Positions 37,703 through 49,900 of a stretch of DNA of 64,000 bases are shown here, one piece after another. The stretch lies in NCBI GenBank assembly GCA_965112155.1, contig OZ218104.1; one strand, 5' to 3'. Each line of letters begins with the position of its first letter. Position 1 is the stretch's first letter. A program made the position numbers and the translations under genes. The notes beneath the pieces are model-generated. The model did not search any database. It was given only the letters and a program-made list of their open reading frames with translations, and had not been told where the DNA came from. This DNA is from Podarcis liolepis. Its lineage: Eukaryota.

Positions 37703-40700
37703 TTAACATTTGGGGGTTTGGTCATTATGGGATACCACTTGCTTCCTACGATTGATTGCAGACACACAGAATTTGGCTACATTTAATGTAGTCTTGGGAT
37801 TCTTATCCTCTAGCAGTAGTTTTAAACTATGGAGTTCCGATTCTTTCCTGGACTTTTGCAAAACAGGTGTAATAAAAGTCAAACGTATATCCTCATAAAG
37901 ACGACAACATAATAGTACATGTAGAGCAGTTTCAAATTCCAACAAGCCACAAGGGCAGACCCGTGCTGTATATGGTTTACCCTCAAATCTGCCCTGAAGT
38001 AAGGCAGAAGGGAGAACGTTGAATCTGGCGAGAGTAAAAGACCGTCTGTATTTGGGTACCTGAAGACCTGACAGATAGTTAGCTGGAGAGAAACCTCTCC
38101 TATGGTCCCTTATTGCTGGGTGTTTGATCATTTCGCTCATGTGGCATTGTAATTCTACGTCCCAGATACGCTGGTGAATTGTAGTCCTAGCTTTCTCATA
38201 GCCTGTCGCTATCAGGGTCTGTAGTGGGATCCCCAAGCCTTTGAGCTTTTCCAGCAGTGTAGCTTTCCATTTGGATTGGTAGTTATCTAATAGGGTTAAA
38301 GGTGCCAGCCCAACCGGGAAGAAAATAAGCTTTAGCCAATAATGAATCTTCAATATCCATATCCGAGTACTGATAGGAATTTGCCCAACATCCAAACGGA
38401 CCGCTATGTTGGATATGCAAGAGGGTATCCCCAGCAAGCAGCGGAAAAACTTAGTTTGGAATGCCTCTAGGAGAGTAAGGTTTTTAAAGCTGCAGATCTG
38501 GGATCCATATAACAATTGTGATAGTATTTTGGCAGCAAAGACCTGGGAGGCTGCCGGTATGTATTGGCCCCCTTTCCCATAGAAGAATCTTATTAACACT
38601 TTGGTAGATCTTTCTGCATTTGCAATAGTATTATTAATCTGAAAGCGCCAGGAGCCGCTTTCCTGGAAGGTTACACCCAGGTATTTAAAGGTTGCTACCT
38701 GTTCTATTGAGCGATTGTCTAGTCTCCATTTGTGCATCCTCCTTTTTTTAGAGAACACCATGACTTTGGATTTGTTGTAGTTAATTGTTAGTTGTTCGGC
38801 GCTGCAGTATTTGGTAAAAGATCTCAGAAGTTTTCTTAATCCAACACAAGAAAAAGAAATTAAAACTGTGTCGTCTGCATATAAAAGGACCGGGAGGGGC
38901 GTACCAGCCAATTTGGGGGGATGGGCATTTTCTTTCTCCATATTTCCTACTAACGAGTTGATATAGAAGTTAAATAAAGTAGGCGCAAGGACACACCCCT
39001 GCCTGACCCCCTTTTGGATTTGGATTTCCTTGGATAGGTGGCCCTGTCGGTCACACCTTACCCGGATCCGTGTATTTTCATATAGACTGTGGATGAGATA
39101 CAATAGGCGTTTGTTTATATTTGCGGCGCTTAACTTTCCCCAAAGCCTGTCCCTCGGTATTAGATCAAAAGCAGATTTGAAATCTATGAAGGCCACGTAT
39201 AGGGAACCTCCTTTTCTTGATGTATATTTCTCCACAAGATGTTGGAGAACAAGGCCCTGGTCTAAGGTTGACCGATTTGCCCTAAAACCAGCCTGTGCTT
39301 CTGAAAGAATGTGGTCCACTAATTTGTCGCATCGGTGGGCAGCGTACAATTTGCTAATGATACTTAGGAGGCTGATTGGCCTGTAATTAGCCGGATCTGA
39401 ACGGCTCCCTTTCTTGAATAAAGGGATGATGATTGCTAGTCCCCAGTCCTCAGGGATAGTGGCCGATTGATCTATGCTGGTAAATAGGGCAGCTAACACA
39501 GGGGCCCACCATTCAACATTAGCCTTGAGGAGTTCCGGTGTAATGTTGTCTACGCCGGGTGCTTTTCCAGGTTTAAGGGATTGGATGAGCCTATAGATCT
39601 CTTCAGTTGCTACTGGGGGCCATTTGGTGCCACTATCACTCGGAGCTGGGGGCAGGGCCTGCAGATGTTGATTTGATGTATATAAAGATAGAAAGTAAGC
39701 CTCCCAGATCCCAACTGGTATAGTATAATCAATTTCAATCAGGGAGTCTTGCCAACTTTTCGCGACTATTTCCAAAAAGTGGCTGAGTCTTTCCTTCGAG
39801 AGGCCTCTAGTAAACATTGCCACTCTCCTCTTTGGGCCTGAAGCTTTTTCTTTTTAATCAGATCTTTATATTTACGTTTGGCTTCGAACCATTTCGCAGG
39901 AAGCAAGGGTAAGTTCGCTGATTTGTAATCCCTGTACTTATTCAACAAAGAACGCTTCATAGCAATACATTCCTGATCAAACCAGGGTTTGGATTTGTTG
40001 AAGAATAAAGGTTGGCGCGATGTCTTTTTTTGGGTCAGGTGGGGTTGAAATAGTAAGATCAGATCCTGGAACAAGATTATTCTAGATTCAAAACATGGTG
40101 AATTTAAGAGATTATCTCTTCTCATGAGGAATGTGTCCGAATATAGCCTTTCAGATGTTTCGGCATTCAGCTTTTCAGACCATCTAATACGTGAGTATCT
40201 CAACTCCATGTTGGAGGACCTGGGGGCTTCAAGTTTATCGTTGCAAAATAAATCTTTTCTTGCATCCAGGAGGAGGCAGAGCGGTAAGTGATCACTATCA
40301 ACCCTCTCCTCCACTTTGCACTCAAGGGCTCTATTTAGGAGATTAAATGATACCATAACATAGTCGATAGTGGAAGCTCCCACATTTGATATAAAAGTAA
40401 ATTCCCCACAAGTCTCCCCATTCTTGCGCCCATTTAGTATGACCAGGTCCAGTTTGTTAGAAAGACGCAATAGGCACAGACCTGCATAATTACATCCCTT
40501 GTCTTTTGAGAGTCTGGTGGGTATAAGATGGTTTTCTTCCACGATGGGTGGCGAGTTGTGGAAGTGTGCATATAATGCTTCGTCAGACTGGCCGATTCTG
40601 GCATTAAGATCACCAGCCACTAGCACTGAAGCTGCAGGGGTTTGAGTCATCAAACCATCAATGTATGTTTCCAGCCTATGCCAGGTGTTTTTAATCAGCT

Positions 40701-41067
40701 GCTTGTCTCTTTGGGGGGGGGGATATACATTAATCAGTAGCAGGGTGAAGAATCTACTTTTCACTAGCAAGGCCATAGCCAGGTGTTTCAGTGTCTCTAG
40801 CTTTACTAAGGACGCCCTCAACCTTGTAGATATTAAAATGCCTAGGCCACCCTTGACTCTCCCCCCTTTAGTGCTTGGGGATCCTGTGAGGGACATTGAG
40901 GAAAAGCCGTTAACTTCTAGGTCCCCTGTGAGCCATGTCTCCTGTAAAAATACTATGTCGTAGCCTTGGATAAATTTAACAAAGGATGGATCAGCTGCCT
41001 TTTTTTGCTATCCTGCGATATTCCATGATAAAAAGCTAAGGTTGGCTTTACCAAGATCCACTCCTTG
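37703..41067 (-). pseudogene. LINE ORF2 (endonuclease + reverse transcriptase), disrupted by one nonsense change and one frameshift
   Basis: ORFs 39766-40896 and 37703-39823 join at ATFWK/IVAKSW; the upstream in-frame segment 40897-41067 contains SWNIAG*QKK. Confidence 0.85.
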
Positions 41068-42978
41068 TCAATTATCTTCCAAGGTACTGTTGGAATTTAC
41101 CATTCTACGTGGCAGCCGACTATCATCCTTACATGGAGAGCTGCCCAGGTGTTCTATGGTGTCAGATGGTAAATATAGAGTGTTCACATTGGTAGACACT
41201 GGGCCTTTGCTATACAAGGCCTCCTCCTGGGGGTACTCTACCTGGTTGTTGCCTAATTCCGCTTCATCTAAGTATCTCATTTTGGACCAGAAGCCTGGTG
41301 AGGTTTCCTTAGGCATGTTTTTCCTTATAGGGAGCGATGCATTGTTCTCCTTTGTGAGTTGTTCTTTCTTGATTGCAGGTAGATTAATCTCTGCCTTTAT
41401 CTGAAGGTTACGTGGTCGACGAGCCGCTGAATCGAGTTCATGTGAGATGATCATTTTGGGAGGGCTCTTGCTCTTTCGATGGACATCCACCTTGGTTTCC
41501 TTATATAAGTCTTTCCCTGCCAGCTTATTTCTTAGCGTTTCTAATCTTTCTAGGATTTCAGCTTGTATTAGAGGTGGGAATGTCCAGAATTGACTAATTA
41601 AGGTATTTTCTTCGAGGGAGAAGTTGTGTGGGGGGGTACCCAGTTCGTGAGGCGACTGGTGATTATTCTGATATTCAGCTTTATTGATTTCCACCACCTT
41701 TAAATGGGTGTCTTTCTTATTTAATTTGATGAGGTGCGAGGGCGGGCCGGGCACTTTGAATAGGCGAGTCACTGTCAGGCCCACCCTTTGCAGCTTCTCC
41801 TTATTAATTAATATTTGTTTTGCGGTCGAGTCATCTTTAAATGTCAGCATCACTCGATTATACCTATTGTCATTTGGGAGAAAATCTACATTGATGACGT
41901 TACCTTGTAATAGGAGGCCTCTGAGTGCTAGGTCAATTTTTAAAAAAATATACATTCTTTGTTGGTCCAGTGAATGTAATTCTGTACGGTTGTACATAGG
42001 GCAAATAACCAATCTACTTCTGTTGAGGATCAGCGCTTGATTGTTCTGAGTTATCTTATTGCGAATGGGGGTGTTAGTCTCCACAGTAGCAGAGGAGGCT
42101 TTATCTAGTTGTTCGTTCCGATCTTTCGTTGATTGAGGGTTAGGGAATTGTGATGCGCTTGTCACTTTAGGTTGCTGGATAATGCTCTGTTTTGGGGTCA
42201 CGGGTTTAGTATTCTTTGTATTTGATTCCTTTATTGTGAGATTCTCCAGGAGCTTGAATAACTTAGAAAAATTCAATTTCTTAGTTCGTGTATGACTCTT
42301 AGTCCGCCTTCCCACTTTTATGTTTTTAGGCTTCTTCTTGTGAAGTGGGTGTATTCTTTGGTGGCGATGCTTCTTTTTAGGTGGGATGTGTGTGACTCGA
42401 CTGTTGGTAGACATGGGAGTGGCTCTCTTTGGGACCTTCTCTGAGATGCTGGGCTCTGTTGGAATTTCAACCGCTGGAGGGGTGTGTGTGAGATTGCTCC
42501 CTTCCTGATGAACTCTGTCAGGCTTACTAGCAGACCCACGCATTCCGTAAGAAAGTTCCTAATTGGTCCCAATTCTTTACTTATGTGCAATGGGCATTCT
42601 TTCATCATTTCATTGAAAAGCCCAATCAGGATACAGATATTGCTATCTGTGTCCCAGCAGGCTCCTTTTAGCTGACTTGGATTTTCCTCTGTTCTCGTCG
42701 CACTTGAGGGTTCCATCCTAGCCTTTTCGCTGGGGCTGGCTGCATTAACTGATCCATCCAGTTCTTGATCATGTTCTGCGAGAGTGTCGGTAGCACTGGA
42801 TTGGGAGACTATCTGAGCCATCTCCATTGCCAGACTGATCCCCCCTCTCTCCTCACCAGAATCAGGTTCCTTCCCATACCATGTTCGGTCAATAGACCAG
42901 TCGTGGAGAAGTGGGGACTCGGAGCATATGGGCGTTTTTATTTTGGGCTTAAAACAATGCAAAATTTTTGTCTGCGAG
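41068..42978 (-). pseudogene. LINE ORF1, split by a frameshift
   Basis: ORFs 42318-42962 and 41068-42543 overlap in different frames upstream of ORF2; basic, low-complexity, with an RRM-like stretch (RVMLTFKDDSTAKQIL). Confidence 0.7.
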
Positions 42979-43533
42979 GACCAATTAACAGGTTCGTTTT
43001 CTGGCCTTTTTCATTGAAAATCATGAATATTATTATTAGTACCCATCCTTCACCATAAGGTCTCAGGGCAGATTACGGCATTAAAACAACATTAAAAACA
43101 ATTAAGAACAACCCACAACCGTAAAAGTAAGGTGGGTCCCAAAAACATACACCTCAGGGGTCAAAAGCCAGGGTAAAGAGGTGCATCTTTAACATTCTCC
43201 TAAAGCTGTAAGTCAGGAAAGTCAGGTTCAATTGCTAGATGTCTTAACCATTCTTGTTCTGCAGAAGAATGACAGCAGTTTTTCAGGAGTGCTATCTTGC
43301 TGAAACATCTTTCAGCTTCTACCACAGTCACTAGCAGGATGCAAACAGATCCCTAGCAATATGCACAATTAGTGCCATAAAATTAGTGGCAGGGTTGCTG
43401 TTTTTTGTTTTTTGTAAATGTGGTGCACAACCTTTGTATGTGCTATGAATGTGCTATGCCCAGCACATACAAAGGTTGTGCACCACCACCTCAGTCTCTG
43501 CTGAGCAGTAGCAAGTATCCAGGGGGTTCCAGG

Positions 43534-43777
43534 GTTAAGTTGTGGGTGACACAGCAATTCTTCAAACAGCTCGTGTTTATTCACAGGCCAGAACAGAACT
43601 GAACTGAAGGGTTCAGCCAGCCTGCTTATATAGAGCTCCACTAGAACGCAACAGTAACCATATTCTGTAACTATCCAATCACTGAACGTCACTTTCGACC
43701 CCTTATTTGCATATGTGGACCTGAACTATCTACATTATCCCCCTGCTGGCCCAGGGTGAGAACTGCAGTATATAACA
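43534..43777 (-). mobile_element. Solo LTR (Gypsy-like)
   Basis: Minus strand begins TGTTATATAC, contains ATGCAAAT, ATTGG, TATATAAG and AATAAA, and ends CAACTTAAC (terminal base lost); CAGG on both sides. Confidence 0.55.
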
Positions 43778-44789
43778 CAGGCATTTACCCAGGGTCGTGT
43801 TGCCATTGGGAATTCAAGACGTGGCACAGACTGCTGTGTATTTAAGAAATATGGTTTATTTTACTCATATTTGCACTGGAAGCTTTCAGTGGAGGGAGTG
43901 CAGAGGTTACAGCATTTGCATCACAAGAGGGGCTTGTTCTCCATGCCTCGGTCTCAGCCTGCCTTCAGCCAGCCTGCCAATATTCTGCCCCTCAGCCCCC
44001 ACTTGGAGTGCGACCTATCTCCTCCTCCTCATTCCCAGAACTCCTTGTTCTAAGCTTCTGTGTAAAATGACACTTTCCCCCCATTGGCACAGCTTGCCTT
44101 CTGACGTTTTTTCAATCACAAACCTTCCTCTGTCCACAGGAACCATGACAACTCTGTTTTGCCTAGACCCAAAGATTGTTTATTTTATGTGTTGATGACA
44201 TTGTTTCATATTAGCTTGCAGTCAGCTACTCTGGGCAGGCTAGTTTGCATAGGCTAAAGCCAGGAATTTCCATGTTTGGCACAGTTCAGGAGAACTGCTG
44301 CAACCTGTATTTTCCCATCCATGTCCCAAATATTATCTAAATGCTACCACATTGCTAATTTCTAACTCTAGATCTGTAACAATCCTTCCCCCCCAAGTAG
44401 ACTTGAAGGTATGCTTTTGTATGTCGTCATAGGGTGGGAGCCACCAGAGTTCCTACTTGTCCCCTATACACCCCTTGTAATTATTTGTGCAAAATCTGGC
44501 AATACAGGTGGCTAATTATATAAATCACAATAAATCCTTAAAATTTCCACAGTATATCTGGTTTTCAATTATTCTGCCTGAGCACAAGACATGTTAACTC
44601 TCTGACCTATCTTCACAACCACAGAATGTTCTCTATGGCATGCTTTGCACCTGTTCTAACCACATCAGTTATCTCCTTCACATGTTTTGAACCACAGAAT
44701 GTGCTCTTATCTTCTCCGTCACAGGAAACTAAAATTTAGAATTTTAAACAAAACATCAACACATGCTCTTAGTAGGCTTCTGTTTAAGG

Positions 44790-44927
44790 CAGGCTTCCTC
44801 AACCTCGGCCCTCCAGATGTTTTTTAAGACTACAATTCCCATCATCCCTGACCACTGGTCCTGCTAGCTAGGGATCATGGGAGTTGTAGGCCAAAAACAT
44901 CTGGAGGGCCAAGGTTGAGGAAGCCTG
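44790..44927. mobile_element. Palindromic hAT MITE
   Basis: Long TIR CAGGCTTCCTCAACCT..; exact 8-bp TSD GTTTAAGG; core shared with 35335-35470. Confidence 0.85.
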
Positions 44928-47900
44928 GTTTAAGGTATATAACTAATGGGCAATTTCCACTCGGGTCAAGCATCCTGAACTAAGGTATGTAATACCTAAA
45001 ACAGCCCCAAAACCCCTGTAAGTATCACATATGAGTTCTTATGCTTACATCTAAGAAGCTTTCATATACGGTAAGTGTATAGATTGTTCTAGATCTGTGG
45101 GTGCTAAATGCTTGGGTTTAATAAATTTTTAGGATTTTATTCGAACTGGTATGTTAGGACCGGTAATAGTCAGACTCATGTGTATTTAAGATGTGGATTA
45201 GCCACTGTTAATCTCCCTGGAATTAGCATATATGAAGAGATAATTAACCTAGGCACACTCCCTGGGTTGTGTATTAGACCGTGTAACCTTAGCCAAATCA
45301 ACAAGTTTTAATGAAGTCAGACAGAATTCTTGGTGAGGTGACTGGGGATGAATCTCATTTGCAAATGTGTGGATTTCCTCCCTCTCTCAAGGGCTAAGTG
45401 TGAATGAATAAGTGTAAAAAGCTGGTCCTTTTTGAGGTAATGAGCTTTAGCACATCAAATGAGGGGCCCTCTTCTGGGATATAAAAGAGACCAGAACTTA
45501 GGCAAGGGGTCAGGAAAAGGGTTGGAGTTAAGAGTGATGCAACCAGTAAGCAGAGAGGAACCATTATTCTGAGTTGTGCCCTACAGTGCAAGTTACTATG
45601 GAATAAGCTGGCACGTTTTGGGGTGCTGGTGCTATGAGCCCCTCCAGTGAAAGCTCCAGGTTGTATATATGTGTAAACAAACCACATAACTTAAATACAT
45701 TATAGCCTCCATTGTGCCTTATTCTTGAAGGAAACACTAACCCTGGCAAGTCGCCAATGGACATAATTAAGCAGTGATTGATGATAGCCATGCATAAATC
45801 TTGGCTATCAAATTCACACTAAAGATAAGAGTGAACAGGAGCTGTCAGCTCCTGGGAATCTGGACGGGGCTGAGCAACTTAGACCAGAGGAATCAAAATC
45901 TTGCCCCAAAGCCATGTGAGAACACTGATGGGCTTTGGTTGCACAAAAGCTTCCCTTTTTCTAATTATCTTTGAAATGGTTATAATTTGGAACAGAGAGA
46001 GGTTTCTCTGTCTGCCAGTTGAAATTTACATCTGGTGTGTGAGCTACCTTCTAGTTTTAAGAAGAGACAATCCTTAAAGGGCTGAAGGCAGATAAAAAAA
46101 AAAATTGCTTTAATTGTTTGAACAAACAAAGTTTTAAATGATCGAGGGAGTTCTGAGTGCTGAGAATTTTTATATATTTCAAAAGTTCAATCTTTCTATT
46201 TAGAAGACCAGGCAGATAGTAATCACCTTTCATGGGTGGTATAGGTAGAGCAGCAAACTGTACACTGCCACACATCCTATGCAAGGTGTCTGCATTGGCG
46301 AAGACATATTATATGGACATTACCTGTGGCAGGTAAAATAAGGCAGATTTTAGGAAATCAGACCATGATTAAGCTAACTCATAAATAAGAAAAGTAACTA
46401 GTTTATATTTTATATTTTATATATTCTAGAAAACCTAAGGCCATGCTTCATAAAACCTGGATATCAGAAAAAACAAAATTTCTCACACAAACTTAGTTTG
46501 ATGCAGAATGCTGAAGAAGCAAAAAGCCATTGGTAAATGCTGCTAGGTCTTTAAGGACAGAGAAATCTGATGATCAAATTAATGCAGTGATGTGCATATA
46601 AGACCATCTTAAGAAGGAAAAAGGAGTGTTATAATCATTTTGGAAAGATATTGGGCATAAGTGTTTAGCACTTTTGACTTACATTGCTCACTTATTTATG
46701 CCAAAGTACTCATAGATTAAATTACTTCTGAAGTGGAAAAGGAGTTTGGGAACTGGTTTTTTAGACTGGCAAGGGACCCAGGTTAATCTGCCTCCATCTT
46801 TTGTTCCTTTTTAATGAGATATAAAAGTTCAGTTGTTGCCTTTGAGATTGTTTACCCAAGCACCCACTTGGAGATTTAGTGTACCAGCTATAAGATGCAT
46901 GCAGTGTTGGAAGTGTTCAGCCAACCATGTGAGCACTTGACTGTTTACCAGGTGGATTACTCTGAGCAGTTTGGTCCAGGGTGTTATCAATGCTTTACTT
47001 CAGGAATAGGCAGTTGTTGCCCCCAGGAATGAGATAGGTATAAGACTCCCTCCTGATGTAATGATCCGGTGGTTCAACTCCCCATCTTTGAGGAAATGAA
47101 TCCATGCATTTGGAAGAGGCATCAGATTGGAGAGGTACTTTTCAGGGCCAGCCCTCAATGTCCCTGCTCAACTGTAAGCAACAACAGAACAGGAGCCCAT
47201 TTTGTCAGCATCTCTCTAGCCAAAAAGGTTGCGTTGCCCCCATCTGACTCCAAACCAGAAGGCCCAACAGAACCACTATCCCTCTTCACCATCAAGAGTC
47301 TATGGTTTGTCACCCTTTAAGTGAAGAGGTTTCTCTCATTAAAGGCAGAGTTGGCCACCCAGGTGGAGCTGCAGCTCTGTTTAACGCTCATTCTGGGGTT
47401 ACCTATTTCTGGAGCGACATTTTAGCCTCCAGCTTAATGCTATTTGCGTCCTGAACTCTTGCCTTGCCTCTCTTCAATTTACCTTGTATGCATTACCAGA
47501 ACCCTCCCACTCACCCGTCAACATGACATGCAGGGAGTGAGGGAACACAGGATCCTGCCCTGCTGGCCAGATCCTGCTCCCTACTCCTGCTTTAACAAAT
47601 CCACTCCCTGTAACTCAAGCATACAAAATACATAAGAGACATTGCAGTGCAGTGGACATAATCCATCCTTGAATTACAGGTGGTGCAGAATGGGCCTGCC
47701 CCCATTATATTTTCTGACAGTCCCTTCAGCCCCTCTCTTGAGAAGGCTGCACAGGACTCTGATTTGGCCAAATAGGGCTTGTACACACTCACTTCTGTTT
47801 TCCTGCATTACTGTATTTCAGCACTGGACAGAGAGTTGAACCTGGATCAAGGAATCCTAGGATTAAATGCCCACTGAGCCTTTAAGGATAGACTCTCTTG

Positions 47901-48827
47901 GCATTGACTAGTTCCCAAGATTATCATGTGGATCAAAGCATGTTGTCTTGGAAAAAGAGCAGGATGCCTGCAACAGATGTAACACAAAGCCTACAGCCCA
48001 GAAAACAGCCCCAAATGGTCCTTTAGCATGTGATGCAGAAGTAGGGACCATTCTGTAGCATGAACAGTATGAGGAGGCAAAACTATTACACCCAGGGGAG
48101 CTGTTAAATATCTATAAGAAGAACAGCCTTCGCCAAGCTGGTGCCCTGCAGGTGCATGACTGTGCTGATTAGGGCTGCTGTGAGCTGGACTCCAAACCAC
48201 CTGGAAGGCACCAACTTGAAGAAGACCATACAGTACTAGAAAAACCGAATGTCCTCCAAGAGGCTAATGATTTAAAATGTATACCCCAGCAAATGCAGGT
48301 TGTGAAACAGCAAGGTGTACACTGCAAGGTGCCTTAGTGGTTTGTGTGCATTATGTGTACATGCACCAGAGATGTGAGGCATTGACTCCCCATTCCAGTA
48401 ATAAACAAACAAACAATTGAAACACAAAATAAGACATAAAACCAAAAGCTAACTGCAGTCTTGAATAATGAAAAGAGACTATGGATGCAATTTTATAACC
48501 ACTTGCTGAGGCATAACTTAAGCATCATTGAACTCAGTAGAACTTGCTTCTCAGTGGACATGCGCAAGATTCTGCTGCTAATCTGCTTTCTACTTCCATC
48601 ATAATTACAGGTATAAAATGTCAATGTTTGCCTTTAAGATTGGTGGTTTGAACGGTGTTGCTATGGCCACCAGTGGAGTGGCAAATATTTAATCATGTGT
48701 GTATAGTAGGGTTTTACAGGACTGGTGAAAGATGGTTGGATTTAGGCTTCTTTGAGAAACGTGTCACACAGGCTACCCCACTTTCTTAGATTTAGAATCA
48801 ATGGGGACAATTGCCCAGACGTCACTC

Positions 48828-49046
48828 NNNNNNNNNNNNNNNNNNNNNNNNNNNNNNNNNNNNNNNNNNNNNNNNNNNNNNNNNNNNNNNNNNNNNNNNN
48901 NNNNNNNNNNNNNNNNNNNNNNNNNNNNNNNNNNNNNNNNNNNNNNNNNNNNNNNNNNNNNNNNNNNNNNNNNNNNNNNNNNNNNNNNNNNNNNNNNNNN
49001 NNNNNNNNNNNNNNNNNNNNNNNNNNNNNNNNNNNNNNNNNNNNNN
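48828..49046. other. Assembly gap (N run)
   Basis: Run of N characters. Confidence 0.99.
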
Positions 49047-49229
49047 TGCAAGGCACTATTTAAATTCTAAAGAAATTAGCCTAGAGACATATTTTAAAGA
49101 AAGGACAGATAGAGTCTGATTGTTTCATTGAAAGATTTGACAGTGACCTAGCAATGGCACCAAAAATACAGAAAACTGTCAAAAGATAGCCAAGAGCTCC
49201 TCTCTAAGTTCACTTTGCAGCTATTTCTA

Positions 49230-49900
49230 GTAAAAAAAAAATCTCAAAATAGAAATTAAATATGACTTATCTTTGGAAGAAAAAGTGACAGAACTGACAG
49301 GAAAGATAAAAGAACTAAAACAGCTTCTGAAGCATTTAATATGTTCATGAAGTCCAAAAAAGCCTTTTCTTAAATGGAAGAGGCTATATATTAAAGCCCA
49401 GCTTGAGTAACCGGAAAACAGATCTGAGTCCAAATTTGAAGGCCAGATGGGATGAAGAATGTCTGGAGAAACAAAATATGATGGGCTTTTCAGCAAGTTG
49501 GTTCTCGAAACAATTCCCTGAAATTTGTCTCATTGTAGATCAAATTGAACATACCCATTGAGCGCTAGCCCCAAAGCCTAAAGAAGGATTTCCCACATAG
49601 GACATAATCATGCATTCACAAACAGTGCTATAAAGGAATATCTTGAAACTCACTAGGCAAATTGACCAGATAAAGCTGAAGGGGACATAGATTGAACTTT
49701 ATCAAAACTTGAAACCTATGACTGCAAAAAAGACATCCACTGTTTTTCTGCACAGCTAAACTTAGTGAGGCTAACATCAGATACAAATGTGGATTTCCTT
49801 TTATGCTGTGGTCTTCCATGACACATGCTGCTAAGAACAAGATGAGGCTGCAGATATTTTTGACTGGAGACTTAACACTCCAAAAGACAAGAAAAGAAAA
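49230..49900 (+). mobile_element. Degraded L1/Tx1-like ORF1 fragment
   Basis: A-rich coiled-coil-like remnants followed by PKPK..P.DII and L.EANIRYK.GFPF-like remnants with many stops. Confidence 0.45.

Larger units (their letters stand above)
37545..42978 (-). mobile_element. Near full-length non-LTR retrotransposon, RTE-X (RTEX)-like LINE, ORF1 + APE/RT ORF2, slightly 5'-truncated, few lesions
   Basis: ORF2 has APE motifs SWNIAG, LQETW, GDLNARIG, LNGR...GEFTF...STIDY and SDHLP; RT motifs KAPGVD, YRPISLLS, QAGFR, FIDFKSAFD, GVRQGCVLAPTLFN, LLYADD and YLG; and a C-terminal R.CPC...E...H.LL.C..Y...R Cys/His motif typical of RTE-X. The 3' end is AATAAA plus an (ATTC)n tail (plus strand 37538-37563). 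Lesions: TGG>TAG at 41008-41010, a frameshift near 39768, and an ORF1 frameshift near 42320-42540. Confidence 0.88.

Noticed and set aside
48742-49119. ORFs full of X residues
   Set aside because: They span the assembly gap.
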